Source of the DNA: Octopus sinensis
Lineage: Eukaryota
Reading direction: 5' to 3'
Length of the DNA: 64,000 bases
NCBI RefSeq assembly: GCF_006345805.1
Contig: NC_043024.1
Coordinates: 12,090,001-12,154,000 of the forward strand
Under the pieces are notes generated by a model that was not told where the DNA came from, ran no database searches, and worked only from the letters and a program-made list of their open reading frames with translations. Shown one piece after another: positions 25,160-38,485 of this stretch (positions are counted from its first letter, which is position 1; every line of letters starts with the position of its first letter). The translations under genes and the position numbers were made by a program.

Positions 25160-25510
25160 GCAGGGTTCGGCGAACCGGTGTAAGTTACCCTAACTGAGGT
25201 AAAAATGAAATCCTTAGGGGTAATGAGGACTCACTCGACAAAAGTATAATTATATTTAAAAAAAAAAAAAACGTGTTCTTTGTTACGACAGAAATTTTTC
25301 TGCTGGTATGAGGGGGCAGTCAAAAAGTTGCCTTTTGCAACCATCTGCCGTTGCAAACAAGGGTTTTCCACGCTAGTGAACATAACACCAAAGCAGAGTA
25401 ATCGATTGGAACCCGAAGACTGTATCCAAATGGCTCTGGCATCAAAATGCCCCAATTTTGAAGTAATTGTTACCAAAAATGAAACATCATTTCTCCTAAA
25501 CCTGAAGTGA
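25160..25510 (+). mobile_element. hAT (Charlie/Buster-like) transposase C-terminal fragment
   Basis: CKQGFSTLVNITPKQSNRLEPEDCIQMALAS resembles the hAT dimerization domain CExxFSxLxxIKTKxRNRL. Confidence 0.65.
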
Positions 25511-25697
25511 AAAAGTTCTAGAAAAATCCTTTTGTTTCATAATGAGGATATTAATTTATTTTATCGCATTTGTTTTATATTTTTTATATTTATAATTGTA
25601 TTCTCCATATAAATAGATTCAATGAACCTTCAAAGAATTTGTGATTTTCTTCCTTTCAAATCAAGGGGTAACGTCGGCGTAAATATATATATTTTGA

Positions 25698-25930
25698 AAG
25701 GCGGCGAGCTGGCAGAAACGTTAGCACCCCGGGCGAAATGCGTAGCCGTATTTCGTCTGCCGTTACGTTCTGAGTTCAAATTCCGCCGAGGTCGACTTTG
25801 CCTTTCATCCTTTCGGGATCGATAAATTAAGTATCAGTTACGCACTGGGATCGATGTAATCGACTTAATCCGTTTGTCTGTCCTTGTTTGTCCCCTCTGT
25901 GTTTAGCCCCTTGTGGGTAGTAAAGAAATA
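25698..25930 (+). mobile_element. SINE family B
   Basis: Full copy ggcggcgagctggcagaaac...gggtagtaaagaaata. Confidence 0.85.
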
Positions 25931-26358
25931 TATATATTTTGGGAGTAATTGGTTAGAAAAGTCCTCCAAACCCTGGATTAAAGCAATCCTTCGGATACTC
26001 TACTCTTTTACTTGTTTCAGTCATATACATATATACGACGGGCTTCTTTCAGTTTTCACTCACAAGGCTTTGGTCGGCCCGAGGCTATAGTACAAGATAC
26101 TTGCCCAAGATGCCGCGCAGTGGGACTGAACCCGGAACCATATGGTTCGTAAGCAAGCTATTTACCACACAGCCACTCCTGCGCCTAAATCTATTTTAGA
26201 AACTTCTTTCTTACTACAAGGAGAGCCTTCAACTTTTTCTGTCCCAAAGGGCTTTTCAGTGCTTGTGCCCCGAAAACTGAGAGTTGAGCGAATACTGGCG
26301 GACTGAGAGGTTGGTCAAATGAGAGATTGATAAACTGGATGAAATTAAATTGACTCAC

Positions 26359-26489
26359 CCTGATGTCAGAATCCAAATCCAAACCGGAACCTTCCTGCTC
26401 TAGAACAAAACTGGCCATCTTTTGAGCATTTGTGGCCAACATTTCGATCACTTCTGATGCTGTCGGTTCCGAAGTCGAACTTCTTTTCT
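26359..26489 (-). CDS. KIAA2012: KIAA2012-like exon (EKRSSTSEPTASEVIEMLATNAQKMASFVLEQEGSGLDLDSDIR), phase 1-0
   Basis: Acceptor (tta)n-cag|AG, donor AGG|gtgagt, 131 nt. Confidence 0.85.
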
Positions 26490-26491
26490 CT

Positions 26492-26548
<57 letters not shown>

Positions 26549-26551
<3 letters not shown>

Positions 26552-27103
26552 GTCCTGATGCAGTACCAGGCATTGGCTCTCGTGGCTTCTGATCTTAACT
26601 GATTGGAAGTGTTATCATGTACATTGTTTTGTCTTGGTATAAAAGATGGGCTACAGCAAATATTCTGCTCAAACCACGGATTTGCTTGTCAGTTGTTTGA
26701 CCTTAACCAGTTGAGCATGTCCCTTAGTGGCTGATGATATGTGCATCTCTGACCACTAGCAGAAGTAGTGGGGGAGCATCATAGCCGTGTGTTGAAAGGA
26801 ATTCTTGGAGGTTTGGATAATTCACCTTTGGAAACATGGGGGTTTTGTTCAACATCCTTAAACAACCCTTATTCAGAAACCTTTTGAGAGGGATGGGTTA
26901 CTCGACCAGTAGAAAATTCTAACTGGGCCTCACCTGCAAGGTCATGCGCTATTTATCTTGATACGAGATCATCATGTCGCACACATATGGTTGTGATGCA
27001 TGTGCCTGGTGTACCCTTATCAGACGGGTAGTCATGAAGGGTATACTGGGCTTCGAATATTTTACCCCAGTGTCACTTTGATGGCATGTGCTGCTCTCGC
27101 ATT
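26549..27103. repeat. Unclassified interspersed repeat flanked by (AAT)n; partial relative near 40255-40300
   Basis: Shared motif gcaaatattctgctca..ccac.gatttgcttgtcagttg. Confidence 0.45.
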
Positions 27104-27104
27104 C

Positions 27105-27155
<51 letters not shown>

Positions 27156-27427
27156 AATGATCCCTGGCTTACCATCCCTGCAAGAAGTGCAAAAGAATGT
27201 CTTAACTGGTACATCACATGTATTGAGAAGAGCATTGTCGATGTGAGAACTATTACTACCAATGTATTTTAATTTAACTTTATTTCTATAAAAAAAAAAA
27301 AATTAACGAACTAGTGAGTTTAGTTTAAAGGCCTACAAATGTATACTATGAGTTTCTTTGCCCTAGGAGTCGGGAAGACACTTGGCAAGAAATAGAAGCA
27401 AATTTGAAAGAAGAAGAAAAACCCATA

Positions 27428-27503
<76 letters not shown>

Positions 27504-27579
27504 TATGTAAATACAAAATTGTGTGTGTGTGTGTGTGTGTATGTGTGTGTGCACGTATTTATACAGTGATGTCACTTAC

Positions 27580-27765
27580 CTGCCTCAGCAGCGCGTTGTC
27601 CTTCACTATAGATTCCGTGGTGACCATTTGGCTGCGCCGTCCTTGCATCTGTATAGATGTCCGGTAAATATAGTTCACCCCTGTGCTGCACTGCACCACC
27701 AACGTGCACTATCTCTCCTCCCGGTGCATACACGATACTTCCTTTGATATCAGGTGCGTCTTCGA
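27580..27765 (-). CDS. KIAA2012: KIAA2012-like exon (FEDAPDIKGSIVYAPGGEIVHVGGAVQHRGELYLPD...RAAEA), phase 1-1
   Basis: Acceptor ttaatttccag|TC, donor GCAG|gtaagt, 186 nt open. Confidence 0.85.
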
Positions 27766-27869
27766 CTGGAAATTAAGAATTGGTTTCAAATTTTGGCCAG
27801 TAATTTTGGTGGGTGGGGGGTAAGTAAATTGATTGCATCAACCCCAGTACTCAACTGGTACTTGTTTTA

Positions 27870-28285
27870 CTGTGAGCTGGCAGAAACGTTAGCATGCTGG
27901 GCGAAATGCTTAGCGGTATTTCGTCTGCCGTTACGTTCTGAGTTCAAATTCCGCCGAGGTCGACTTTGCTTTTTATCCTTTCGGGGTCGATAAATTAAGT
28001 ACCAGTTACGCACTGGGGTCGATATAATCGACTTAATCCGTTTGTCTGTCCTTGTTTGTCCCCTCTGTGTTTAGCCCCTTGTGGGTAGTAAAGAAATAGG
28101 CATATCGTCTGCCGCTACGTTCTGAGTTCAAATTCCGCCGAGGCCGTCTTTGCCTTTCATCCTCTCGGGGTCAATTAAATAAGTACCAGTTACGCACTGG
28201 AGTCGATATAATCGAATTAATCCGTTTGCCTGTCCTTGTTTGTCCTCTTTGTGTTTAGCCCCTAGTGGGTAGTAAAGAAATAGAT
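27870..28285 (+). mobile_element. SINE family B, tandem pair
   Basis: Two consecutive copies. Confidence 0.8.
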
Positions 28286-28388
28286 ATTTGTTTTACTGAC
28301 CCCGAAAGGATAAAAGGCAAAGGTGCCTTCGGCGGAATTTGAACTCAGAACATAAAGACAAACAAAAAAAAAACGTAATAGTACTTAC

Positions 28389-28758
28389 ATTTTCTCCTGT
28401 GCTGCTGACGATGACAAAGGAGGCGATGACGACTTTGGTGATGTAGAGTGGGAGGCGGAAGATGAGCATGAGTAGGGGAGTGGAGAATGAAGGGGTGGAA
28501 GAAAGTATGGTTGCTGTCGTTGGTGATGCTGCGGAGGCGGCGGATGCTGAAGGTGAGCGGATGGAGGAGGAGGACGACGAGGAGAAGAAGGAGGAGATGG
28601 AGCAGGAGTTGGAGGGTGAATGGGAGGGAAAAGACGGTGAGGGACATGAGGGAGATTGGTGCAAGGTTGAGTGATGCTGCTACGGGCCGGCTGTTTCGCC
28701 GTTCTGGAACTTTCGCTGATCAACGGTAGCAGAGATGATGTTTGGTCATAAGAATTAA
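28389..28758 (-). CDS. KIAA2012: KIAA2012-like Pro/Ser/His-rich exon (VNSYDQTSSLLPL...HRQQHRRK) with apparent frameshift
   Basis: Strong acceptor cccctttccag|TT and donor AAAT|gtaagt; 370 nt is 1 mod 3, so an indel in the CCT-rich tract is required. Confidence 0.55.
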
Positions 28759-28905
28759 CTGGAAAGGGGGAAAAAGAAATTAATATAGTAATAATAATAA
28801 TAATAATAACAACAACAACAACAACAACAAAACAACACAACAATAATAATAATAGTATAGTAATAGTAATAATAAACATAACAACCAACACACAACAACA
28901 TAATG

Positions 28906-28938
<33 letters not shown>

Positions 28939-29420
28939 TAATAATAATAATAATAATAATAATATGAGGGAATACTATTCCAAACTTACATGTAAAAAAT
29001 TCAATTTAGAAATACTAAATCAAATTTCAAAAAAAATATGATATATATATATAGATATATATTACATACGGATAGTACATACGGATATTTTATCCTTAAG
29101 TTGTTATTATAACCGCTAACTCTGCTTACCTTTTTATATATATATATATATTATATATATATATAAATTAGGAAAAAAACACCTTTAATCAATTCAATAA
29201 TGAAAAATTAATTATACCATTGAGAAAATTACATATTATAGAAAGATTAGATATAAGATAAAACATATAACAACGATTTAATTATGTGTAAAATAGTAAA
29301 TAAATACGTATATATTTGGTAGAAATATTTAATCTTTCTATAAAAGAGGTAATTTTTTCTAATGGTATAATTTAATTGTTTCTTATTGAATTACGAGACT
29401 ATGGTATATATTTTCTATAT

Positions 29421-29474
<54 letters not shown>

Positions 29475-29493
29475 TTATATATATATATATATA

Positions 29494-29537
<44 letters not shown>

Positions 29538-31234
29538 AGAGTTTACACGTTCAGGAATAGAAAAAGTCTTTTACGTTTCGAGCCTACGCTCTTCTACAGA
29601 AAGGTTCACAGAAAAAACAAGGAGAGAAAAAAAATGTGTAGTGGCTAGCGATCTATATATATATAAAAGTTAAGCAAAGTTAAGGGTTATAATAACCAAC
29701 TTAGGGATAAAATATCCGTATATACTATCGGTATCTGTTATCCGTGTTATCTCTGGGTGTGGATATGCAGGCACACTATGCTCATAGAGTAGAGGTAACA
29801 ACAGAATAAACAAAAGTTTATCAAGAATCAAATATAAATAATCAGATAATGGAGAAAACTTCAGATCAACATTCAAATCAATTGATCCACATTTTTAGCG
29901 TATTATTTAATACAACGCATGGCATAACATTTATATGACATAAACGTCACATAAATGTTATGCCATACGTTGTATTAAATAATACGCTATAGATGTGGTC
30001 TTAAGTGCTGAGGTTGATTTACTCGACTGCAGGAAGTTCACCCCTAAGTGAAAATATTCTAGTTCTGTACTTTAGGATATGTAATAAGTTGTCTTATACT
30101 TTTCCAGAGTTATAATCTTAAGAATATTATTTCGCTTTTTTCTATGTAATGTGTGTATGTATGTATTATGTATGTATGTATGTATGTATGTATGTATGTA
30201 TGTATGTATGTGAGTATGTATGTATGTGAGTATGTATGTATGTGTGTATGTATGCATGTATGTATGTGTGTGTGTATGTATGTATGTATGTGTGTGTGAT
30301 GTATGTGTGTGTGTATGTATGTATGTATGTATGTATATATGTGTGTGTGTGTGTGTGTATGTATATAAAATACAAAATGGGACAAGAACGCAAAACATCC
30401 GGACAACAAGGTGATACAAAAAGGGACAACAAAACATCCAGATAGACGATACAAAAAACAAGGACGGGTCATTCGAAGCTTTCTATTCTCAGTCAAGAAC
30501 CAGATTATCCTAGCAATTTCGGCTGATTATTCTTGAGATTGCTCCAATCTGGCCAGCCCCAAGGAAAAAACTAAGCTAAGAGCATTAGATTCCTTGGAAG
30601 AAAGCAGCGAATGTGTACGAAAACAAGGACGGAAAAAAACAGTGAAATGTTACACAAATATAAATACAATAAAAAAAAATACAGTAAAAATAATAACGTA
30701 TGTATTTATGTATGTATGTGTATACACACATACATACGCACTTTGCAAAAATACGTGACGAAACAGCTCATGTTTATACTGAAATTTTCACAATCATTCA
30801 CTCTATTGCAGTATATAATAAAGAGGCTAATGTATATATTAAAAAGACGATAAAAAAACACATTAGATTTAATGAAACGAAACAAAATACTTGTCTAAGT
30901 TTTTGTTTGTAAAGAACGGTTACATAAATCACTTGAAACTAAAACAATGTGTGGAATATTCAATACTGTCCATGGAGCAAATATTTTAATTATAAAACGG
31001 ATATCAGATTTTGTACAACTGTAACACGAAGACTCTTAGCTGAATGCTACCGCATTGTAGGTCTGCGTATATGTCTGTGTATACATATATACACATCTAT
31101 ACATATGTATATATATATACTATATAATATTATATATATATTATATATAATATATATAGAATTCGGGGTGAGTACTGCTGATAATTATAAGCACTGTGTG
31201 TATACCGTTTGGTGGTGTAGGTGGTGGAGTAAAT

Positions 31235-31740
31235 TGATCAAAAATAAAATAAAAACATGATGCGAAGGATTCAGCGGTACATATGTTTCGGTGCCTTTAT
31301 TAGACAGATTATAACAATGCATAATGTATGTCTGTGGCCTTCTTCATTCCGCGCACAAAAGCAGCTCTCCACAAGGACATGTGTTCACATCAAAAATTCT
31401 TGGTTGGGATGCAAATCCTCTCATTCACGTTACGACATAATGCGGCAGCAGCATAGAGTTGAAGCGTCCATCTCTTTCTTCTCTCAATCTAGATTGAGAG
31501 AAGAAAGAGATGGACGCTTCAACTCTATGCTGCTGCCGCATTATGGTCGTACGTGAATGAGAGGATTTGCATCCCCAACCAAGAATTTTTGATGTAACAC
31601 ATGTCCTTGTGGAAGCTGTTGTGCGCGGCTGAAGAAGGCCACAGACATACATTATGCATTGTTATAAATCTTCTAATAAGGCCCGAAATATGTACCGCTG
31701 AATCCTTCGCATCATGTTTTTTATCTTATTTTGATCATAT
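31235..31740. repeat. ~500-bp spacerless palindrome containing two inverted hammerhead-like motifs
   Basis: Arms are reverse complements about TCT|AGA at 31490/31491; motifs at 31274-31352 (-) and 31625-31698 (+). Confidence 0.85.
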
Positions 31741-32192
31741 ATATATATTAATATAATAGATATATATATATAATATATATCTATATATATATATAGTACT
31801 ATAGATGTATATATTATATATATATATATACTATATATATACTATATATATATATATATATCTGTAAATGTAATATGTGACAATCTGTTCGGCAGCCATT
31901 ATGAAACTCCGAGTTGCGGATAAATTCCTATTAACATAATATAAATGTAAATTCCTCTATTTACATAATATCCAGGTCTCTTGCATTCCTATGTTGTCTA
32001 CCATTTTAATCTATATGTAAATATATATATATTTATGCATTTATATGTATATATATGTATAATATATGTGTGTATATATGTGTGTAATGTGTGTGTGTGT
32101 GCGGGCGTGTTGTCATACATATTACTTATGTGTATATGTACATGTATAAATATGCATATATATGTGTATGTGTATGCACATATATATGTATA

Positions 32193-32247
<55 letters not shown>

Positions 32248-32641
32248 GTATATATATTGTATATATATGATATATATATATATATTATATATATACTATA
32301 TATCTATATATATATAATATATAGAGAGAGATCCTCCTATAGATAGAGATAGAGAGAGAGAGGGATGGTATTATTAAAATACATCGCCTGGGTAATCGAA
32401 TTATTAGCCGTACAGGCAAATAATAAATATATACATACAATATTAGATATGTACATATATATATACACAAGGGTACTACATGAGTACCTATATCGCCAAT
32501 GATAGAAGTCGAAAAATACTTCTGTACCACCGAATAATCACAAATCTATTACAGACAAGATAGGAAAAAATATCAGTGAACAATAATAATGTCTTACCTC
32601 AAATGGGTCAGAACTAGTAACAATACACACACACACACACA

Positions 32642-32684
<43 letters not shown>

Positions 32685-32921
32685 CACACACAAAGAAACA
32701 TACGTGTGGGTGAACAAACGAAAGAAAGCATCACCCAACGCTAATAACAGATTGACTTGACTCCGGAGCATTCAGTGAAAGAACTAATGTCACTGGAATG
32801 TCACATCCTACAGAATAGCGACTAAATAACGCTAACATCCCGTCAGTTCTACCACGTGGAGAATTCACAGAAGAAACCGGTGTGGTTGTATTGTGCAGAA
32901 GTTGTGAAACGGCGCACTTAC

Positions 32922-33326
32922 CGTTATTCTCGTATCCTGAACGAAAAGCGGCATCTATAGAAACGACGGCAGTAGCACAAGAAGTGGAAGTTGTAGCTAG
33001 ACTTTTTGGCTTCTGTTGTATAAGAGGCAGAGTGAGTGATGACCGTACTGTGCTCTCCTTAGACGCTTTAACATCTGTTAACAAGTGTTTCGTCGTCATG
33101 TGCTCGTTTGCAGTAGTGCCACTATGTTCGCCATTAAGCCGGTGGGTAATGGTATTAGTAAACGTAGACGTGGTAGTAGCTGCAAGAGTTGTCTTGGTTG
33201 TATAGTTTGGTACCGGAAGGATAGTAAAAGTAGTAGGAGCATAGGTAGTGGCTGCTGCTGCGTTTCTAACAGGATTTAGTTCTGGAAATTCCACGGATTC
33301 TACATGACCATACTGTCCTGTATTTT
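32922..33326 (-). CDS. KIAA2012: KIAA2012-like Thr-rich exon (ENTGQYGHVESVEFPELNP...SGYENN), phase 1-1
   Basis: Acceptor ttttttgcag|AA, donor AACG|gtaagt, 405 nt open. Confidence 0.75.
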
Positions 33327-33418
33327 CTGCAAAAAATGAGAAGATGGGTAGACTATAGACACAGAAAGAAAACCAGATACACACACACATACATACACAT
33401 ATATATTTATATATATGC

Positions 33419-33496
<78 letters not shown>

Positions 33497-33543
33497 AATT
33501 TATATATCTCTCTATCTTTATATATATATATATATTTATAGAT

Positions 33544-33625
<82 letters not shown>

Positions 33626-33924
33626 TTGGTTGCATATATACATACATACATAAATACATACATACATACAAACACAATCTGATGTGTTTCCACACATTGT
33701 CTATGAATAGGATTTTTCCGAGGGCTATTCTCGTAGCGACAGGTCCTCCCAAGTCAGAGCATACATGAACGTGTTAAGTATGATCATATACACCTATATA
33801 TAAATAAATATTTAGATGCATTTTCACGCATATTGCGTATGAGGAGAATTTTATCCGGAGTCTATTTGAAGTGAAAGACCTGCCAAGTGTACAACTGAAC
33901 ACGAACGTGTTTATATGATTGCAC

Positions 33925-34186
33925 AGTAATTCCTCGACTATCGCGGGTGTTACGATCTAGAACACCCCGAAATAGGTGAAAATCCGCGAAGTATAAACAG
34001 TACTATACTATATATATTTTTTTGTTATTTTTATAATTTGTGTATTTTATTTTATCATAAATGCAAAACACACCACGGAGGAATCGACGTAAGCTTAGAT
34101 AAGAAACTGCGATAGGTGAACCGCGATAGGTGAACCGCGATAGGTGAATCGCGATAGGTGAACCGTTATATGGCTAGGGATTATTG
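33925..34186. mobile_element. Tigger/pogo-like MITE with a 14-bp tandem repeat (gcgataggtgaacc x4)
   Basis: TIRs cagtaattcctcg / agggattattg flanked by TA. Confidence 0.55.
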
Positions 34187-34910
34187 TACATACATACACC
34201 AATACATAAATAAATTATTTTGATGTTTTCCCACTTCTTTATGACGGGAATTCCCCCCCCCCCGCCCGAGTCTTTTTCCGTTCCGAAGAGCTCTTCCCAC
34301 ATCTGAGTGTGCACGAACGTGCTAAATACCTATTTCTTTACTACCCACAAGGGGCTAAACTCAGAAGGGACAAACAAGGACAGACAAACGGATTAAGTCG
34401 ATTATATCGCCCCCAGTGCGTAACTGATACTTATTTAATCGGCGTGCTAACGTTTCTGCCAGCTCGCCGCCTAAATATCATTGTACTCAAACATATTAAC
34501 AGAAAAATATTTTTATGTGTTATCTACGTTGTTTCACCTGTTGTGGTTTTTCTAGTGTTCGCGTCAAGTCTTGCGTATCTGGATGTCCTTTTGGCAGTCT
34601 TGTGACTCGCATGGAGTTGGTTCTGTATATTTCGCTCATTACCGGCCAAATTGGTAACTGGACGCTGGAACCGAAAACGGCTATGGTTCTGAGTAGCCAA
34701 TATTGACTGAAAAGGTAAAAATTACATATGTACTCATATATTAATTCTGTTGTGTCTGGTGAGAGTCATTCTCTTTTAGTACCTTATTATCTAACACACT
34801 CACCGGTAAAATTTCCACTTATTTCGTCTTTTTATTTTCCTAAAATTTTCAACAAACGAACTCATATAAAGAATCTTGCAAACCATATCCAAAAACGAAA
34901 CATATATTAA

Positions 34911-35301
34911 TCTTTATACATAAAAGAAAGGTTGTGTGTCTGTCTACTCCGATTTAGATTCCTAACTACTCCCACATTTTGCGGTGCAGTGTAAGCAAAA
35001 GCGAGTATCTTATAGTCGTGATTCATATCGAGCCCTTCTGGGTATTAGCGCGCGTCTACGATAAGTCTACGATTTTAAAAATAATTTACCATCATTTTTT
35101 TCCATTTTAATGCATTTTTTCGCTATTATATAAGGGAAGTAACTCTCTAAAAATGTCTACGATGAGTCAACGATTTAAAAAAAATTTACCATAATTTTTT
35201 TTCCATTTTAATGCATGTTTTGCTATTTTTTGGCTATAACTCTAAAAATGCCTTATAGTTATTTCCCTTACAAACCCGAACAACGCCGGCGATACTGCTA
35301 G
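34911..35301 (+). mobile_element. Non-autonomous Helitron, family 1
   Basis: Same termini as 6145-6739 with fewer internal repeat units. Confidence 0.8.
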
Positions 35302-35377
35302 TTATTATATAAATTGTATATTCGTGGATAAATTTGTCCGTGAGCATGAGTGTAAAAGAGAGGAGCGACAGCGTAAC

Positions 35378-35573
35378 CTGACATATTTTGTACAGGTATT
35401 GGTTTGGTGCTGGGGATGTTAGCACCAGTGAAGATGGTATCATCATGTAGCTAATATTTTGTCGTTTTTTTGAAATAATTTGGTAGCATCAGGGATTGGA
35501 ACGTTGCGGATCGAATGTTTGCTGTTTAATCGTTTATCGACTGTGTCAATATAGAGGGGTTTTTTTACAGCAC
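35378..35573 (-). CDS. KIAA2012: Candidate KIAA2012-like exon ([11 protein letters not shown]...ILAT / [23 protein letters not shown]) with apparent frameshift
   Basis: Acceptor ccgcaag|GT, donor TCAG|gttacg whose phase 1 matches the next exon; needs a net 2-nt insertion (or 1-nt deletion) near 35445 to stay open. Confidence 0.4.
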
Positions 35574-35665
35574 CTTGCGGGTAAGCGGTAGCTTTGGGCG
35601 TGTATGTTTGCGTGTGTGTGTATGAAGCGTTGTATATATGTAGTATATATATATATGTATATATA

Positions 35666-35788
<123 letters not shown>

Positions 35789-35889
35789 AAACAGGCATAC
35801 ATATATATATAAATTAAGACAAAGATAGCAATGGGACCGATGTGATCGACTTACATCCACCATTGCTGGCTTTGTGCCAAAAATTGAAA

Positions 35890-35939
<50 letters not shown>

Positions 35940-36799
35940 TTATTATTATTATTATTACTGTTGTTGTTGTCCTTCTTCCGTGTCTTCAAATTCCCCCGAG
36001 GTCGACTTTGCCTTCCAACTTTTCGGGGTCGATAAATTAAGTATCAGTTGATCCCTAGGGTCGATTTAATCAATAGAACCTCTCCCACTAAATTGTACTT
36101 ATATAGAATGCCTTGTTCCCGCTCTTTTACTTTCTCTCAATGTTCAAATCCCGCTGAATTCAAGATTTGCTCTTCCTTTCCCCTTCCTCTTCTTGCATCA
36201 TCATCATCATCACCTTCTTCTTCTCCTTCTTCTTCTTTCTCTTCTTTGTCTTCTTCATCTCCTTCTCCTTCCTCTTCCTCTCCTTCTCCTTCTTCTTCTT
36301 CTTCTTCTTTTCTTCTTCTTCTTCTCTTCTTCTTCTTTCTATTCTTTCTCCTCCACCTCCCCTGCTCTTCCTCCTCCAACTCCTCATCATCATCTTCCTC
36401 TTCTTCTATTTTTCCCCTCCCCCCACTGCTCCTCCTCCATCATCATCAATCATCATCATCATCATCATCATCTTCTTCTTCTTCTTCTTCGTCTTCTTTC
36501 GTTATTTTAGTTTAGCTCCTCCCACACCACCCTACAATTCATACCAGATCTGTAAGTGTATATATGTATGGCCATATATGTGAGTGCGGAAATGCATGTA
36601 TATGTGCCTGTATGTGTGTGTGTGTGTGTGTTGTATTGTGGTGTGTAATACAATGTCGTAGTCGTTGGTTTTGTTGTTGTTGTTGTTGTTGCTGCTCTAA
36701 GGTTTCTGATTTAGTGAATTCTTTGTGAAATGTCTGTTGCTATGGTCCGTCTCTGTGTTGAACATGTAACGGGTGTACTGTAGCCCAACCCACTTCACC

Positions 36800-37315
36800 A
36801 CCGACACACGGCACCACCACCACCACCACCATCACCACCACCACCACCACCACCACCACCATCACCACCACCACCACCAGCAACAACAACAACAACAACG
36901 ACAACAACACCATTACTACTACCACCACCACCACCACCACCACCACCAACCACCACCCACAAATACCAACATCAACACCATCGCTGCCGCCACCACCACC
37001 ATGAATACCACCAACACCGTCACCACTACCATCACCAACAACAACAACAACACCATTACTACCACCATTACCAACGTCACCACCATGAACACCACCAACG
37101 CCACCACCATCAACCACCACCACCACCATCACCACCACAACAACAACCAATTCACTACCACCATATACCACCACCGCCATCACCACCACCACTGCTGCCA
37201 CCACCACCATCAACCACCACCACCACCACCGCCATCACCACAACAACAACAACAACAACCAATTCACTACCACCGCCACCATCACCATCACTACCACCAT
37301 GACCACCTCCACCAC
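36800..37315. repeat. (CAC/CAA)n trinucleotide array
   Basis: Directly visible. Confidence 0.9.
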
Positions 37316-37520
37316 CCATCTCCTCTCCACCTCAATGATTCATCAACTGATAAGACAAGCCACCGAGAGAGCCTCTACAAGATCGTTTGGTAAGCTAGAA
37401 ATAGCAGTCATTAATTCTTTTCATATCACACTGTTGAAAAGAGGGTATGTTGAATAAGGTGGTCGTGGGATCACCGCATGTGAAGAAAAAGGAGTGTTGG
37501 TCACGGTTGGAACACCTTTA

Positions 37521-38038
37521 ATTACCATAAATCCTCGAGTATAACCCGCATTTTTTCCCACAATTTAAAGGTCAAAATCCCTAGTGCGTACTATATACGA
37601 GGTTAAACAAGAAAAATATTTTCTAAGCAATGTCCGAGTCTCTATTTGCTGTCCGGCAATGTTTATTCAGACGCATTTTGTGATGTCGGACGCGAAAATA
37701 CCTTAAGCTAAGCCTGAAAGCAATGAAGTCATAAAAGAATCATCCATAACTTGCAGTAAGCAACATTTATTAAACGTTATTACTGTTATTTCTTTATTTT
37801 CTGCAAACTAAATGCACAAAAAAGCTACACGTTTGCATTATGTTATATATACAATAATAATAAAGGACGTTACCGTATACATTTTTACAAACCAAGGACG
37901 TTATATAGACCTCCTTGACTCAAGTTAGAGAAGGGGTGCGTATTATACAAAAGGTTTAGGTTTTTCAGAGGTACAGCCCCCTAAAAATCCCCTGCGTATT
38001 ATACTCAAGGGCGAACTATACTCGAGGATTTACGGTAG
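37521..38038. mobile_element. Non-autonomous Tc1/mariner-superfamily DNA transposon
   Basis: TIRs taccataaatcctcgagtata / tatactcgaggatttacggta. Confidence 0.7.
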
Positions 38039-38092
38039 TCGACTTCTTGATAAGAAGTGACCTGGGGCTAAACATCAAAAATATCAACAGCA

Positions 38093-38485
38093 GGCACAGG
38101 AGAGGCTATATGGTAAGTAGCTTGCTTACCAGCCACATGGTTCCGGGTTCAGTCCCACTGCGTGGCACCTTGGACAAGTGTCTTCTGCTATAGCCTCGGG
38201 CCGACCAAAGCCTTGTGAGTGGATTTGGTAGACGGAAACTGAAAGAAGCCCGTCATATATATATACATGTGTATATGTCTGTGTGTCTGTGTTTGTCCCC
38301 CCCACCATTGCTTGACAACCGATGATGATGTGTTTATGTTACTTAGCGGTTCGGCAAAAGAGATCGATAGAATAAGTACTGGGCTTACAAAAGAATAAGT
38401 CCCGGGGTCGAATTGCTCGATTAAAGGCGGTGCTTCAGCATGGCCGCAGTCAAATGACTGAAACAAGTAAAAGAGTAAAAGAGTA
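38093..38485 (+). mobile_element. SINE family A
   Basis: Full copy. Confidence 0.85.

Noticed and set aside
36740-37393. His/Thr/Val-rich ORFs of 157 and 206 aa
   Set aside because: (CAC/CAA)n array; no usable splice sites linking it to the gene
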